Assembly (NCBI GenBank): GCA_023378805.1 | Contig: JAMCSQ010000019.1 | Coordinates: 11,738 to 75,737 of the forward strand | Direction: 5' to 3' | Origin: Candidatus Parvarchaeota archaeon | GTDB lineage: Archaea > Nanobdellota > Nanobdellia > Parvarchaeales > Parvarchaeaceae | Length of the DNA: 64,000 nucleotides | Shown: positions 9,619-19,245 of the stretch, piece by piece | How the letters are laid out: each line of letters begins with the position of its first letter | Position numbering within the stretch: position 1 is the stretch's first letter | The notes under the pieces: model-generated | The model's input: the letters and a program-made list of their open reading frames with translations, nothing else | Database searches by the model: none | What the model was told of the DNA's origin: nothing | Made by a program: the position numbers and the translations under genes

Positions 9619-10273
9619 ATATACCTCCCTGGTCTATTCTCATAGGGAGCATTGACCTGTCATTATTTGTCCTTCTCATTTTTACTATCTGCATACTTCT
9701 ATCAAAATCACCGCCCAAACCAGTGTAGAAAAGCTTTATCACTGCGTCAGAGAGGTACTCCCCACTGAAATAAAGAGTATCATTATCCGAAACCTGTGGC
9801 TGTTCATCAGTAGCTATAGTCGTAACCTTTAATCCCTTTAATTCTGTTACTAAATCCAACATAAATTTACGAAATTTTGACTTATCATCCATATACATGG
9901 AGATTGCAGACAATGAATCTATTACGGCTCTAGAAACATTATTTTCCCGTATTATATCTAGTATTCCAAGATATTCGAAATTCACCGGGGAGTTAAATAA
10001 TAATATGAGCTTTTTTCTACTAATGAAGTCTTTTAGGTCTTTAAATCCAATAGCCTCCATGTCTGAAATTAAATCGTCTACACTTTCTTCAAAAGAAACC
10101 ATTAAACAGGTTTCACCATTTTTTAAACCTTCATATAAAAATGACATCCCAAGAAGTGACTTGCCTGCTCCAGGCCCGCCTAGAAGACTTATGACAGACC
10201 CTGCTTCAAATCCGCCACCTATCTTTTCATCGAGACCGTGTATCCCGCTAGGTATCCTTTTTAGTCCTACCAT
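9608..10273 (-). CDS. Single-domain KaiC/RAD55-like ATPase
   Basis: IPSGIHGLD, GGPGAGKS, SFEE, VIDS, EYLSD, IVKMR. Confidence 0.92.
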   Translation of the reverse strand: MVGLKRIPSGIHGLDEKIGGGFEAGSVISLLGGPGAGKSLLGMSFLYEGLKNGETCLMVSFEESVDDLISDMEAIGFKDLKDFISRKKLILLFNSPVNFEYLGILDIIRENNVSRAVIDSLSAISMYMDDKSKFRKFMLDLVTELKGLKVTTIATDEQPQVSDNDTLYFSGEYLSDAVIKLFYTGLGGDFDRSMQIVKMRRTNNDRSMLPMRIDQGGIYVK

Positions 10274-10341
10274 ATTGCTTTTATATATAGTATAGAAAGG
10301 CTTATTTAATAAACTTTTAGGTTTATCATTTTAGAGAAAAA

Positions 10342-11283
10342 TCAACTATCATTCTGTGTTTTTTCTTTATCTCCCTTGTTTTTATCAGGCAGATTCTTTA
10401 CATTGCTCTTCTCAAACAGATCTTTTATTCCCTCAACTCCTACAGGTGTAGGTATACTAAATCCTTTGCTGTCTGTCGGGATAAATATCATAAGATTCTT
10501 ACCACTTAAACTTATTTCATACATCATATTAAGCGACCTGAGCTGCATTGCGAACAAATCTTTTTTATATTTTAAACTTGCTTCTATAATTTTATCCGCA
10601 GCAAGTGATTCGCTCTCAGCCAGTTTAACTCTTGCCTGCTTTTCCCTATCTGCTACAGCAACCCTTGCCATTGCATCTTGTAAATCAGGAGGTATGCTTA
10701 CATCCCTTATTTCAACAGATATTGCTTCTATTCCCCAGTCTGACACCCGGTCCTGTATCAATTTCTTTACATCCTTACCTATTACGTCCCTGCCGGCCAG
10801 CATTTCTGACAATTCGGTTTTACCAATTATATCCCTCAAAGCTGTCTGTGCTGCCAGTTGAACAGAATCCCTGTAAATCTGAACATTCAAAACCGCATTC
10901 TCCGGGTTAAGGACTTTCCAGAAAAGAAGCGCATCGACATCTACAGGAACATTGTCCTTTGTAAGCGTTTTCTCTGCCTTGAAAATGGTATTAATTACCC
11001 TCAAATCCAATGTAACAGGAGTAGTCTGCACAAATGGTATCAAAATGTGTACGCCTGGCCCCAGTATACCAACATAATTTCCAAACGAAAGAACAGCTTT
11101 TCTATTCCATTGGTTGACTATCCTTATTGCAGCAATTAAAAACACAATAAAAAATAATACTCCGATTCCTATACCTGCATACAGATTAACAATAGAAAGC
11201 AGATAGCCTATAACTGCAGGTATAAGAATAACAAAAAGTATACCCAGTGCATCTCCATTAAAATTTTTCATCTCTGCAACCAT
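10342..11283 (-). CDS. SPFH/Band 7 (stomatin-like) protein
   Basis: N-terminal TM, PGVHILIPF, TKDNVPVDVDA, AQTALRDIIG. Confidence 0.92.
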   Translation of the reverse strand: MVAEMKNFNGDALGILFVILIPAVIGYLLSIVNLYAGIGIGVLFFIVFLIAAIRIVNQWNRKAVLSFGNYVGILGPGVHILIPFVQTTPVTLDLRVINTIFKAEKTLTKDNVPVDVDALLFWKVLNPENAVLNVQIYRDSVQLAAQTALRDIIGKTELSEMLAGRDVIGKDVKKLIQDRVSDWGIEAISVEIRDVSIPPDLQDAMARVAVADREKQARVKLAESESLAADKIIEASLKYKKDLFAMQLRSLNMMYEISLSGKNLMIFIPTDSKGFSIPTPVGVEGIKDLFEKSNVKNLPDKNKGDKEKTQNDS

Positions 11284-11364
11284 AACGATTAAACAAAATA
11301 TTGAGTTAAATAGTTTCTGCGTAAAAAATTAAAGTAATAAATAGCACAGGTTATTACAATTATT

Positions 11365-11847
11365 ATGAAAGGACTTTTTCCTTTAAACATAAAGCTTGGC
11401 CGGATACAGGGAGTAATTTCTATACTAAAGGAATATAACGGACAAATATCTCTGCAAGAACTTTCTGATGAGGCATTGGAGCAAGTAGATAACCTTGTCA
11501 ATGTACTTCAGGCCTGTAAATTGCTTGGATTTATAAAAATAAACAAGGGTGAGATAAAACTAAGTAAAAAGCTTGAAAATAAGAGCGCCCATGAAATAAA
11601 CCTAGAAATAAAAAATAATCTGTTGAAAATAGAACCATTTTTAGAAATAAAAAAAATACTAAGAAAAAACAAAAAGATAACAACTACAGAGTTATTTCAG
11701 GACCTGATAAAAAAAGGCGTGATAACATATAGGAATAATCTATCCGGAATAGAAGCATTCAAAAGAGACCTACTTGTGATAGGGATAAGGCTTGAGATAC
11801 TTACATACAATCATGAAAATGATATTTGGAAGATAATTAGCAGATAA
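11365..11847 (+). CDS. Stand-alone AAA-associated (AAA_assoc_C-like) winged-helix protein
   Basis: Pattern GVISIL...LQELS...VDNL...KLLGFI...GEIKLS; adjacent to a TauB-like ATPase with which this domain is usually associated. Confidence 0.65.
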   Translation: MKGLFPLNIKLGRIQGVISILKEYNGQISLQELSDEALEQVDNLVNVLQACKLLGFIKINKGEIKLSKKLENKSAHEINLEIKNNLLKIEPFLEIKKILRKNKKITTTELFQDLIKKGVITYRNNLSGIEAFKRDLLVIGIRLEILTYNHENDIWKIISR

Positions 11848-11850
11848 GAT

Positions 11851-12597
11851 TCACTCGGCAAAGATTGAATATATCTCCTTTACCTTCTTTCTAAATTCAG
11901 TACTCCCTCTGTCCCTCGGACGTTTTATATCAATACTTAGTATCTTTTTTACAACTGCAGGTTTGTTTGACAATACAACTATCCTATCTGACATCTCAAC
12001 TGCCTCTTCTATGTTGTGAGAAACCATTACAATTACTTTAGGCAGCGTTTTCCTGTCCTTCAAAACCTCAACAACGGTTTTACGAAGGCTATTTGCAGTA
12101 AGCTCATCCAATGAGCTGAATGGCTCGTCCATTAGAAGCAGGGTAGGATTTGATACCAAAGCCCGCGCAAGCCCTACCCTCTGTTTCATTCCGCCACTTA
12201 AAAGATTCGGGTAAGCATCTTCAAAGCCTTTAAGCTCTAGTTTATAAAGCATTTCCAATGCAGTTTTTTCTCTTTCAGCTTCTGTTATCTGCTTTGAAGC
12301 TAGCCCTATCTTCACGTTTTCAAGGTTTGAAAGCCAGGGCAGAAGCGCAAAATCCTGAAAAACAAATGAGATATTGTTTGAAGGGCTATTTATTTTCTTT
12401 CCAGCCAATACTATACTTCCACTATCTGCCTTTATGAGACCTGCCATTATCCTCAGAAGAGTGCTCTTTCCACAGCCAGAAGGCCCTATAATAGAAACGA
12501 ATTCTAACTCATTTGCTGAAAAAGATATCCCATTTAGCACCGTCAATCCGCTTTTTGGATAGGTGAAATTTATTTTTTCAACATTTAGGAATGCCAT
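11851..12597 (-). CDS. Nitrate/sulfonate/bicarbonate-type ABC ATP-binding protein (TauB/SsuB-like)
   Basis: GPSGCGKS, FQDFALLPW, LSGGMKQR, MDEPFSSLD. Confidence 0.92.
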   Translation of the reverse strand: MAFLNVEKINFTYPKSGLTVLNGISFSANELEFVSIIGPSGCGKSTLLRIMAGLIKADSGSIVLAGKKINSPSNNISFVFQDFALLPWLSNLENVKIGLASKQITEAEREKTALEMLYKLELKGFEDAYPNLLSGGMKQRVGLARALVSNPTLLLMDEPFSSLDELTANSLRKTVVEVLKDRKTLPKVIVMVSHNIEEAVEMSDRIVVLSNKPAVVKKILSIDIKRPRDRGSTEFRKKVKEIYSIFAE

Positions 12598-12599
12598 AT

Positions 12600-14099
12600 T
12601 TAAGAATAAACTGAATTTACTCTGTTATATAACCTACGCCATACAAAATAGTTTATAATGATTATCATTGCCACCATATTTGCAAGAAGAATACCCATCA
12701 AAAGAAGATTATTATTATCTAAAGACACATTTAATGCCTTTCCTATCCCTATAGACACTGAAGTTATAAGTTTGCTGCTACCCGCTGAAAAGTATTCGGC
12801 AACTATACTTGCATTCCACTCCGCAGCGATTCCGGTTACCGCGCCTGTTATAACTCCAGGCATGATGGCCTTTAGATATATCTTTTTCCATGCAACTATT
12901 CCATTAAGATGGAAAATCTTTTTTACTTCATTTATGCTTTCTGGCAGGTATTTTGTAGTTGCCACTATACTAAAGATTACATACCACAAACCGCTTAAAA
13001 AGTAGATCATAAACGCCAACAATTCAGAGTTTCCATAAACAAGTTCAGCTATTGCAGGCAGCAGTATAGTAGCTGGTATTGAAGCGAATATCTGGAATAA
13101 AAGAAGATATCTTTTTGTCTTGTTTGAAAGGAATACTACATATATGCTTAATGGGATTGAAACTGCAATTATTGCAAGGAAAGCGCCCCAAACCCTTAGA
13201 AATGAAAAGGCCAGCGACAAAATAGAATATCCTTCATATCCGACAATTTTGCTTAACAATTGTAAATTTACAAAAGGAATCACTTTGTAAATTAAAAAAC
13301 CAAAAAGCGCTGCAAGCAATGTATAAAAAACCAAATTGGCAAATACAGTTAGTTTATATCTGATTTGTTCATCCGGTTTTATCCATTTATCTCTGAAATA
13401 ATTAAATGTAAAATTGTCTCTTTTTCTTTTCTTGTAGTCCTTTAGATAATGCCTATTCGCAAACCTGTCAAACCTTTCAAAGAACAATAAGCGGGTTGCA
13501 ATCACAAATAAAACGAATACTATTATAGAATAAAGATAAAGATAGCTATTACCAGTTGCAGCCGCCTTTACAAATTCAACCCCTATTCCATGTTTTACTG
13601 CGTAGTTCTTTGTGCCTACCGAAAATATCTCACTTGTAACTAAGTAAAATAGCCCAATTGCCCAAGATAAACTCATCTGCTCAGACATCCTTGGAAGTGA
13701 CGCAGGTATAAATATTTTTTTAAGCCGCTGATAAAAATTAAGTCCATATATATTCGCCATATCTAAATACTCGGAAGGCAGTGATATTACTGCTTGATAA
13801 ACACCAAATATAATGTTCCAAAGCATACTTGTTATTATCAAAAATATAACTGCAGCATTTATCCCTACTGAACCAGGAAAATAAAATACAAAAAGGTATA
13901 TAGCAAACGGAAAGAACGCAAGTATGGGAAGTGTCTGTAATATATCGACAATAGGCATTAGAACCCTATTCAATTTCTTGGACCTTGCCACAGCTATGCC
14001 AGTAAACAAGGCTATTACCATTGAAATAGCCATGGCTATGAACATCCTTGTCCATGAGTATGCGGTGTCCAGTATGACTGAAAAAACCAGCTGTAACAT
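12600..14099 (-). CDS. ABC anion-type permease with two fused permease repeats
   Basis: Two BPD_transp_1-like halves (DILQTLPILAFFP...WNII; QIFASIPA...WNASIVAE). Confidence 0.85.
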   Translation of the reverse strand: MLQLVFSVILDTAYSWTRMFIAMAISMVIALFTGIAVARSKKLNRVLMPIVDILQTLPILAFFPFAIYLFVFYFPGSVGINAAVIFLIITSMLWNIIFGVYQAVISLPSEYLDMANIYGLNFYQRLKKIFIPASLPRMSEQMSLSWAIGLFYLVTSEIFSVGTKNYAVKHGIGVEFVKAAATGNSYLYLYSIIVFVLFVIATRLLFFERFDRFANRHYLKDYKKRKRDNFTFNYFRDKWIKPDEQIRYKLTVFANLVFYTLLAALFGFLIYKVIPFVNLQLLSKIVGYEGYSILSLAFSFLRVWGAFLAIIAVSIPLSIYVVFLSNKTKRYLLLFQIFASIPATILLPAIAELVYGNSELLAFMIYFLSGLWYVIFSIVATTKYLPESINEVKKIFHLNGIVAWKKIYLKAIMPGVITGAVTGIAAEWNASIVAEYFSAGSSKLITSVSIGIGKALNVSLDNNNLLLMGILLANMVAMIIIINYFVWRRLYNRVNSVYS

Positions 14100-14132
14100 A
14101 CAAGGATATGCTGTCCTTACGTTAAATTACTT

Positions 14133-14912
14133 CTATTTTGTCAAGTGGTTCTTTCTAAGTATAAGAGGGCCGTTATCTATCTGGTATTTTATGCCATTAG
14201 ATGAAATTAAATAATTTTCATTTTTATTTAAATATTCCATAACATTTGAAATAGGATCAAATAAAACTCTTTCATCCTTTTTGTTTCGGAGCTCTATCCA
14301 GCAATGCTCCGCTTTCTCTCCATATCTTTCAACTATCCCCATAACATAAAATGCCCTTAAACCAGTTCTTATTTTTTCCCTATTGAGCAAAACACTTAAA
14401 GTAATAGCAAATTCATGGCACAGAAACGGACCATCAATCAATGATTCTTCTAATAATATTGCCTTACCATTACGCTGATTGTTCCTTTCTAGATACAACA
14501 AATCAGCATTTGTCAGTATTCCTTTCTTTTTACTATAACTATCAGTATACTCCGTAATACGATAATGTAGCTGCAGGCGCACTGAATTTGCTATTGCCAA
14601 AACCCGGTCTAATCCTTTTTTATTCCCAGCTGCCAAGCTTGCAGAATTGTAAATTTGATATAGATTTGAGGATCTACTCCATACGTTATTTAAGTATATA
14701 CCATAAACTTCTGATAAGAATGGCTCTTTAAAATTTTTATTATAAAATTTAGTCGATATTTCATCAGTTAACCCAGCATTTAACACTATATCTCCATTTT
14801 TAATTTTGTTAGGATACTTTAAAACAATTTTATAATCACCTATCTCATTTAAGTTCACTTCTAAATTTTTGTGTTTACTTTGTTTAACAATGGCGAATAT
14901 ATTTTTAGCCAT
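14133..14912 (-). CDS. Transglutaminase-like (Cys-His-Asp) protein
   Basis: LCHEFA, EHCWIE, FDP triad spacing. Confidence 0.75.
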   Translation of the reverse strand: MAKNIFAIVKQSKHKNLEVNLNEIGDYKIVLKYPNKIKNGDIVLNAGLTDEISTKFYNKNFKEPFLSEVYGIYLNNVWSRSSNLYQIYNSASLAAGNKKGLDRVLAIANSVRLQLHYRITEYTDSYSKKKGILTNADLLYLERNNQRNGKAILLEESLIDGPFLCHEFAITLSVLLNREKIRTGLRAFYVMGIVERYGEKAEHCWIELRNKKDERVLFDPISNVMEYLNKNENYLISSNGIKYQIDNGPLILRKNHLTK

Positions 14913-14949
14913 TTACTTTATATAAAGAGATAATATATAAATTTTTTGA

Positions 14950-16215
14950 TCAAATCTTGTTTCCGAAATCTTTTATTTTATTACCATCAACATATGCTTT
15001 ATTGAATACAAAAATGGAAGATAAAGTAAAGACTATACTTAATATAAACGTAAATATGTAACCCAGATAAAATGACAAAAAGCCCGAAGAAACTGCCCCA
15101 AGAACACCGGATAAACCTATTATTGCAGACCAGAGTCCTATATAATGGGCCTCCATCTTGCCAGCTATATTTACATAGATTATGACCGAAGCAGAAATGT
15201 TCCAAAGTGCATATCCTAAGCCTGCTACAAAATATGAAAAGAGATTGAGATAAAAAACGGCAGTCAATAACAAAATAGAGATTATTGCAATGAGATAACT
15301 TGTTGATCTTACAACGGTAGAAAGCCTATAATATCTTCTTAGCGTATTCTTTGCTTTTCCCAACATAAAAATCATATAAACAACAACTTGACCGAAACCA
15401 TTCAGCATGTTTATAAGGAATATATCCGAATAAGATATTTTGTAGGAATAAAGAAACGGAATGTAAGAAGTATTAAAAAGATAAATTCCAAAGTTTACAA
15501 GAGCGATGGCAGCAAATATAATCATTATCCTTACTGTCTTTTTTCTCTTTCTTATTTCCGCAACTTCCAGTATAAAATGGTGGCCTGCAAGTATTTGTGG
15601 AAACTTGCTTAGTACATTCAGTATTGGAAACATTCTATGTAAATGCTTCTCCTTTTCTTCCTTAATTCTTTGTTTTTCTTCCTTTATGAAAAAAATAGTA
15701 AATATCAAAGACGCTATATTGAATGCAAATAGTATCAATAGATATCTTGCAATTACATCGCTGAAAAGCAGTACTCCAGGTATATACCCTATTATGTTAC
15801 CTATTATGCTCATCAAGCCATATACCCCATAATAAGACCTTAATACGGTCTTTTTCCTCCGGTTCATTATGAGCATATTTATAGCAGGGGAGGAAGCAGT
15901 TAAGATAAAAGCATAAGCCGCGTAAATTATTACTGCCAATAGTATACTTTTCAATAAATACAAAAGTACTATTAAAGGGATAATTCCAATAACAGAAAGC
16001 ATTATAAACAACTTTATCTTTCTAAGACGCTGTGTAAGCTCTCCCCAAAACAAAGAGGCAGGTATAACCGCAAGAGAATAAGCGGTAGTGGCAAGACTTA
16101 CATCAACCACATTTCCGTGTAATTCCAATATATATAGTGGGATTATTACACTGAAACCAGATGAAATAGCCGCAATTGGAAATATAATTGAAAGCCAATA
16201 CTTATCCTTCTCCAT
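14950..16215 (-). CDS. MFS transporter
   Basis: About 12 TM in two halves, WGELTQRLRK motif-A-like loop. Confidence 0.85.
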   Translation of the reverse strand: MEKDKYWLSIIFPIAAISSGFSVIIPLYILELHGNVVDVSLATTAYSLAVIPASLFWGELTQRLRKIKLFIMLSVIGIIPLIVLLYLLKSILLAVIIYAAYAFILTASSPAINMLIMNRRKKTVLRSYYGVYGLMSIIGNIIGYIPGVLLFSDVIARYLLILFAFNIASLIFTIFFIKEEKQRIKEEKEKHLHRMFPILNVLSKFPQILAGHHFILEVAEIRKRKKTVRIMIIFAAIALVNFGIYLFNTSYIPFLYSYKISYSDIFLINMLNGFGQVVVYMIFMLGKAKNTLRRYYRLSTVVRSTSYLIAIISILLLTAVFYLNLFSYFVAGLGYALWNISASVIIYVNIAGKMEAHYIGLWSAIIGLSGVLGAVSSGFLSFYLGYIFTFILSIVFTLSSIFVFNKAYVDGNKIKDFGNKI

Positions 16216-16280
16216 TATAATATTCAGCCCTTTTTAGCTTAATAAATTAATTTAAACGAAGAAAAACAAATTATATTTAT

Positions 16281-16715
16281 ATGATAAAAAGTCAAAAAAT
16301 AATGATAGGTTTTGACGGGTCTAAATATTCAAAAAAGGCTGTCAAATATGCTATTAATAACTTTAGCAGAAATAGCACAATTTATCTTGTTTATGTAGAA
16401 GAAATGCCTGCACCGTTGTACCTGTCTAATCCAAGTCTCTTTATAGATGACAGCGTAATTAAAAAAATCAGAGAAAAAACTAAAAAAGAACTTAAACATC
16501 AAGTTGATATGATAAAAAAGAAGAGATTTAAAGTAAAGTATGAATACCTAGAAGGTTATCCCCCTAATCAGATAATAAACGAAGCAAAGCGTAAGAATGC
16601 AGACATAATAGTGGTAGGAAGCCGAGGAATGGGAAAATGGAAAAGCTCCGTCCTTGGATCAGTAAGCCAGACATTAGCTGTGATTAGCAAGATTCCCTTA
16701 CTGATAATAAAGTAA
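16281..16715 (+). CDS. Universal stress protein (UspA family)
   Basis: GFDGSKYSKKA, IVVGSRG, LGSVS. Confidence 0.93.
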   Translation: MIKSQKIMIGFDGSKYSKKAVKYAINNFSRNSTIYLVYVEEMPAPLYLSNPSLFIDDSVIKKIREKTKKELKHQVDMIKKKRFKVKYEYLEGYPPNQIINEAKRKNADIIVVGSRGMGKWKSSVLGSVSQTLAVISKIPLLIIK

Positions 16716-16716
16716 T

Positions 16717-17214
16717 TTAAGGCAGATACTCCCAGAGGTAATAATCCTGCTTGGCCCAGTAATGCTTTAATTTCCCAACCTTCTTAAAACCCACTTTTTT
16801 TAGAAATTTCTTTGATTCTTTATTTGAAATCAATGAAATGCATTCGATGTTATATAAATTATACCTCTTAGCATAGTCAATAATATATCGAATGATTGAA
16901 AAGCCTACACCCTGTCTTCTATGCTCTTTGTTTACCACTAACCAGTCAATCTTAAGTAGATTCTTCTTATAAAGTTCTAATGCGCATGCTCCTACTATTT
17001 TGCCATCATCTGAATTAGCAGATATAAATAGATAAGATGAATCAAAAATTTTTTTATTGTTATAAAACTTTAGGTATTCAAACTTGCTTTCATTATTTTC
17101 CACAGGATCTACTTTAATCCAGGCCCTTAAGAACTTTATTATGTCCTTACGCTTATTTTTATCTTTTTCCAGTTTTATATTAAATGCTATTCTTTCCTTA
17201 ATTTTAAATTCCAT
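16717..17214 (-). CDS. GNAT family N-acetyltransferase
   Basis: LVVNKEHRRQGVG motif A; N..S..F..K.GF motif B. Confidence 0.88.
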   Translation of the reverse strand: MEFKIKERIAFNIKLEKDKNKRKDIIKFLRAWIKVDPVENNESKFEYLKFYNNKKIFDSSYLFISANSDDGKIVGACALELYKKNLLKIDWLVVNKEHRRQGVGFSIIRYIIDYAKRYNLYNIECISLISNKESKKFLKKVGFKKVGKLKHYWAKQDYYLWEYLP

Positions 17215-17356
17215 TCATTATCATACTTTATTGAATAAAAATATAGATATTTAAATTTATTAGTAATATTTTTATCTATAATTTCTTTAACACAATTTAT
17301 GCTTTTATACTTAGTTTTGTTTATACTTAATACAAAGTAACTTTTTGTAGATAGAT

Positions 17357-18256
17357 TTACTTTCTTCTTTTTAATTTTCCAATCGAGCCGCTCGTCTTTA
17401 TTAAAACCTTGATTATCTCACTTCTTGGAAGATCATCAGATTTTGATTTACATACAGAATTCACCGAAAAAACATTACTTTTATTCGCAAAGCTAGTTTC
17501 AGATATAAATATCTCAGGCTGTCCTTTTATAAAATTTAATTTTTTTAACTCATTCTGAACGTTTCTTATAAAAGTACCTGGATCTATACTTGATGGTACT
17601 TCATACCTAACTTTTACTCTTCTATATTCCTCATTATTAAGAAATATTGATGCCTGTAATACAATGCTATTTGGGATTTTTATAGGTATATTATTATCCA
17701 AACGGATTGTAGTGAATGTTAATGTCATCTTTTCCACTACTCCGGTATAACCTGGAACAAGAAAATCATTAGAAAAAAATTTTGGTGGATAACTTGGAGC
17801 TATTAAACCATACTGCCATGTACTTAAAGTTATATTGTCTCCAATGTTAAAAGGCTTCGAAAAAAGAAGGACTATGCCACTAAAAAAGTTCGAAAGAGAA
17901 GCCTGCGCAGCCAATCCCACTACAACTCCTACAAACCCTCCACCCAATATAATAGAAGTTAAACCTATTTTAAAGGAAGCAAATGCAATCGCTATTACTA
18001 TTATGTATCCAGCTAACCTAACAACAAAAACTATTGTATTGCTGACCTGTTTATTCTTATTGTTTGCCTTTGCTTCGATTATATCACTTACAAAATTAAC
18101 GATTAAAACGCCTCCAGTTAATATAATGAAAATATCTATTATCTTATTAACATTCTCAGGTATACCTGATATTAGGCTAACGATGTATGCTATTATAGAG
18201 AATATCACTAAAACCGAAATTATAAAATAAATTTTATTCTTAACTTTTGCATTCAT
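17357..18256 (-). CDS. mscS: Small-conductance mechanosensitive channel
   Basis: GLAAQASLSNFFSG, PFNIGD, IPNS. Confidence 0.9.
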   Translation of the reverse strand: MNAKVKNKIYFIISVLVIFSIIAYIVSLISGIPENVNKIIDIFIILTGGVLIVNFVSDIIEAKANNKNKQVSNTIVFVVRLAGYIIVIAIAFASFKIGLTSIILGGGFVGVVVGLAAQASLSNFFSGIVLLFSKPFNIGDNITLSTWQYGLIAPSYPPKFFSNDFLVPGYTGVVEKMTLTFTTIRLDNNIPIKIPNSIVLQASIFLNNEEYRRVKVRYEVPSSIDPGTFIRNVQNELKKLNFIKGQPEIFISETSFANKSNVFSVNSVCKSKSDDLPRSEIIKVLIKTSGSIGKLKRRK

Positions 18257-18290
18257 TACCTTAAATAAAATTCATTATATAAAATCTTTA

Positions 18291-18668
18291 TTATTTGCTT
18301 TTAATTAACTGCTGATTCTTTCCCAATACCATAATTATTGATATTATAATCGATTCTGCAATTATTATAGTTATCAATAACCCATAGAGATAAAAGTATA
18401 TTTCAAACAAAGGCGAGGTAAACAATCCTGCAATAAGAAATAAAGTAATTATAGCAGGAGACAAAAAAAGCACTGAGATTTTCCACCAGTTATTCTTAAA
18501 CAAGGCTATTCTCTGAGTATTTGCAACCCTCATCTTGCTGAATCTATTGAAGAAAAGGGCCATAGAAACAACTAGTAGCAATGCTGCTATCGATACCAGG
18601 ACTATCGGGATTATAAATCCTGTAAATGGGTTTACTACTGATGTATTTATTAAAATTGCACTAGTCAT
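18291..18668 (-). CDS. Membrane protein (3 TM)
   Basis: Hydrophobic ORF; ATG at 18668 overlaps the upstream stop (ATGACTAG). Confidence 0.65.
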   Translation of the reverse strand: MTSAILINTSVVNPFTGFIIPIVLVSIAALLLVVSMALFFNRFSKMRVANTQRIALFKNNWWKISVLFLSPAIITLFLIAGLFTSPLFEIYFYLYGLLITIIIAESIIISIIMVLGKNQQLIKSK

Positions 18669-19215
18669 AACTAAAAGCAAACCTCGCCAGGTATTTTAAT
18701 GATATACTTATAATTGATAAAGCTACCAGTAAAAATGCAACTGTACCAAGTATTACACCCAACAAAAAGGATACTGTTGTATAACTTGTCAATATGCTTA
18801 CAAAAAACGCAGCTATTGCAAGCAGCACAAATACAGAAGCCAAAATAAGCATAGAAAATGGATTATTATCCCTGTTAAGATTCAATATCATCGTAACTAT
18901 TGGAGCATTATCCTTCCTATGTCTAAATAATGCTATGAATGATATTAATCCAAAGAAAAGTACTGAAATCCCTACAACTATATCTATTCCAACGAAAACG
19001 TAATTTATATCAAAAAGATAATTATAGTTTGCTGGCCCTGTTACACTTACTGCACTCGCAGTAGGAGCAGCATAGGAAATAGACGAAATTTTTGGATAAA
19101 CTGCAAAAAAGACAAGAATTAAGCTAATTATTACCAATATTGCAAATCCAAATTTTACATAGTTTAATTTGTTTGAGACGGTATAGACGGAAACGTCTTT
19201 TTTTGAACTTCTCAT
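18661..19215 (-). CDS. Membrane protein (4 TM)
   Basis: Hydrophobic ORF co-oriented in the cupredoxin operon. Confidence 0.7.
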   Translation of the reverse strand: MRSSKKDVSVYTVSNKLNYVKFGFAILVIISLILVFFAVYPKISSISYAAPTASAVSVTGPANYNYLFDINYVFVGIDIVVGISVLFFGLISFIALFRHRKDNAPIVTMILNLNRDNNPFSMLILASVFVLLAIAAFFVSILTSYTTVSFLLGVILGTVAFLLVALSIISISLKYLARFAFSYD

Positions 19216-19245
19216 ATATAATAAATTAAATGAAAATATAAATAG

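Noticed and set aside
9608-10273. Circadian clock KaiC or RadA/RadB recombinase
   Set aside because: Single domain, no kaiA/kaiB nearby, no KaiC ST phosphosite pair and no RadA N-terminal HhH domain; it is a generic archaeal KaiC-like ATPase
18661-18680. Possible frameshift joining two membrane ORFs
   Set aside because: The ATGACTAG start/stop overlap is ordinary translational coupling; no slippery run is present
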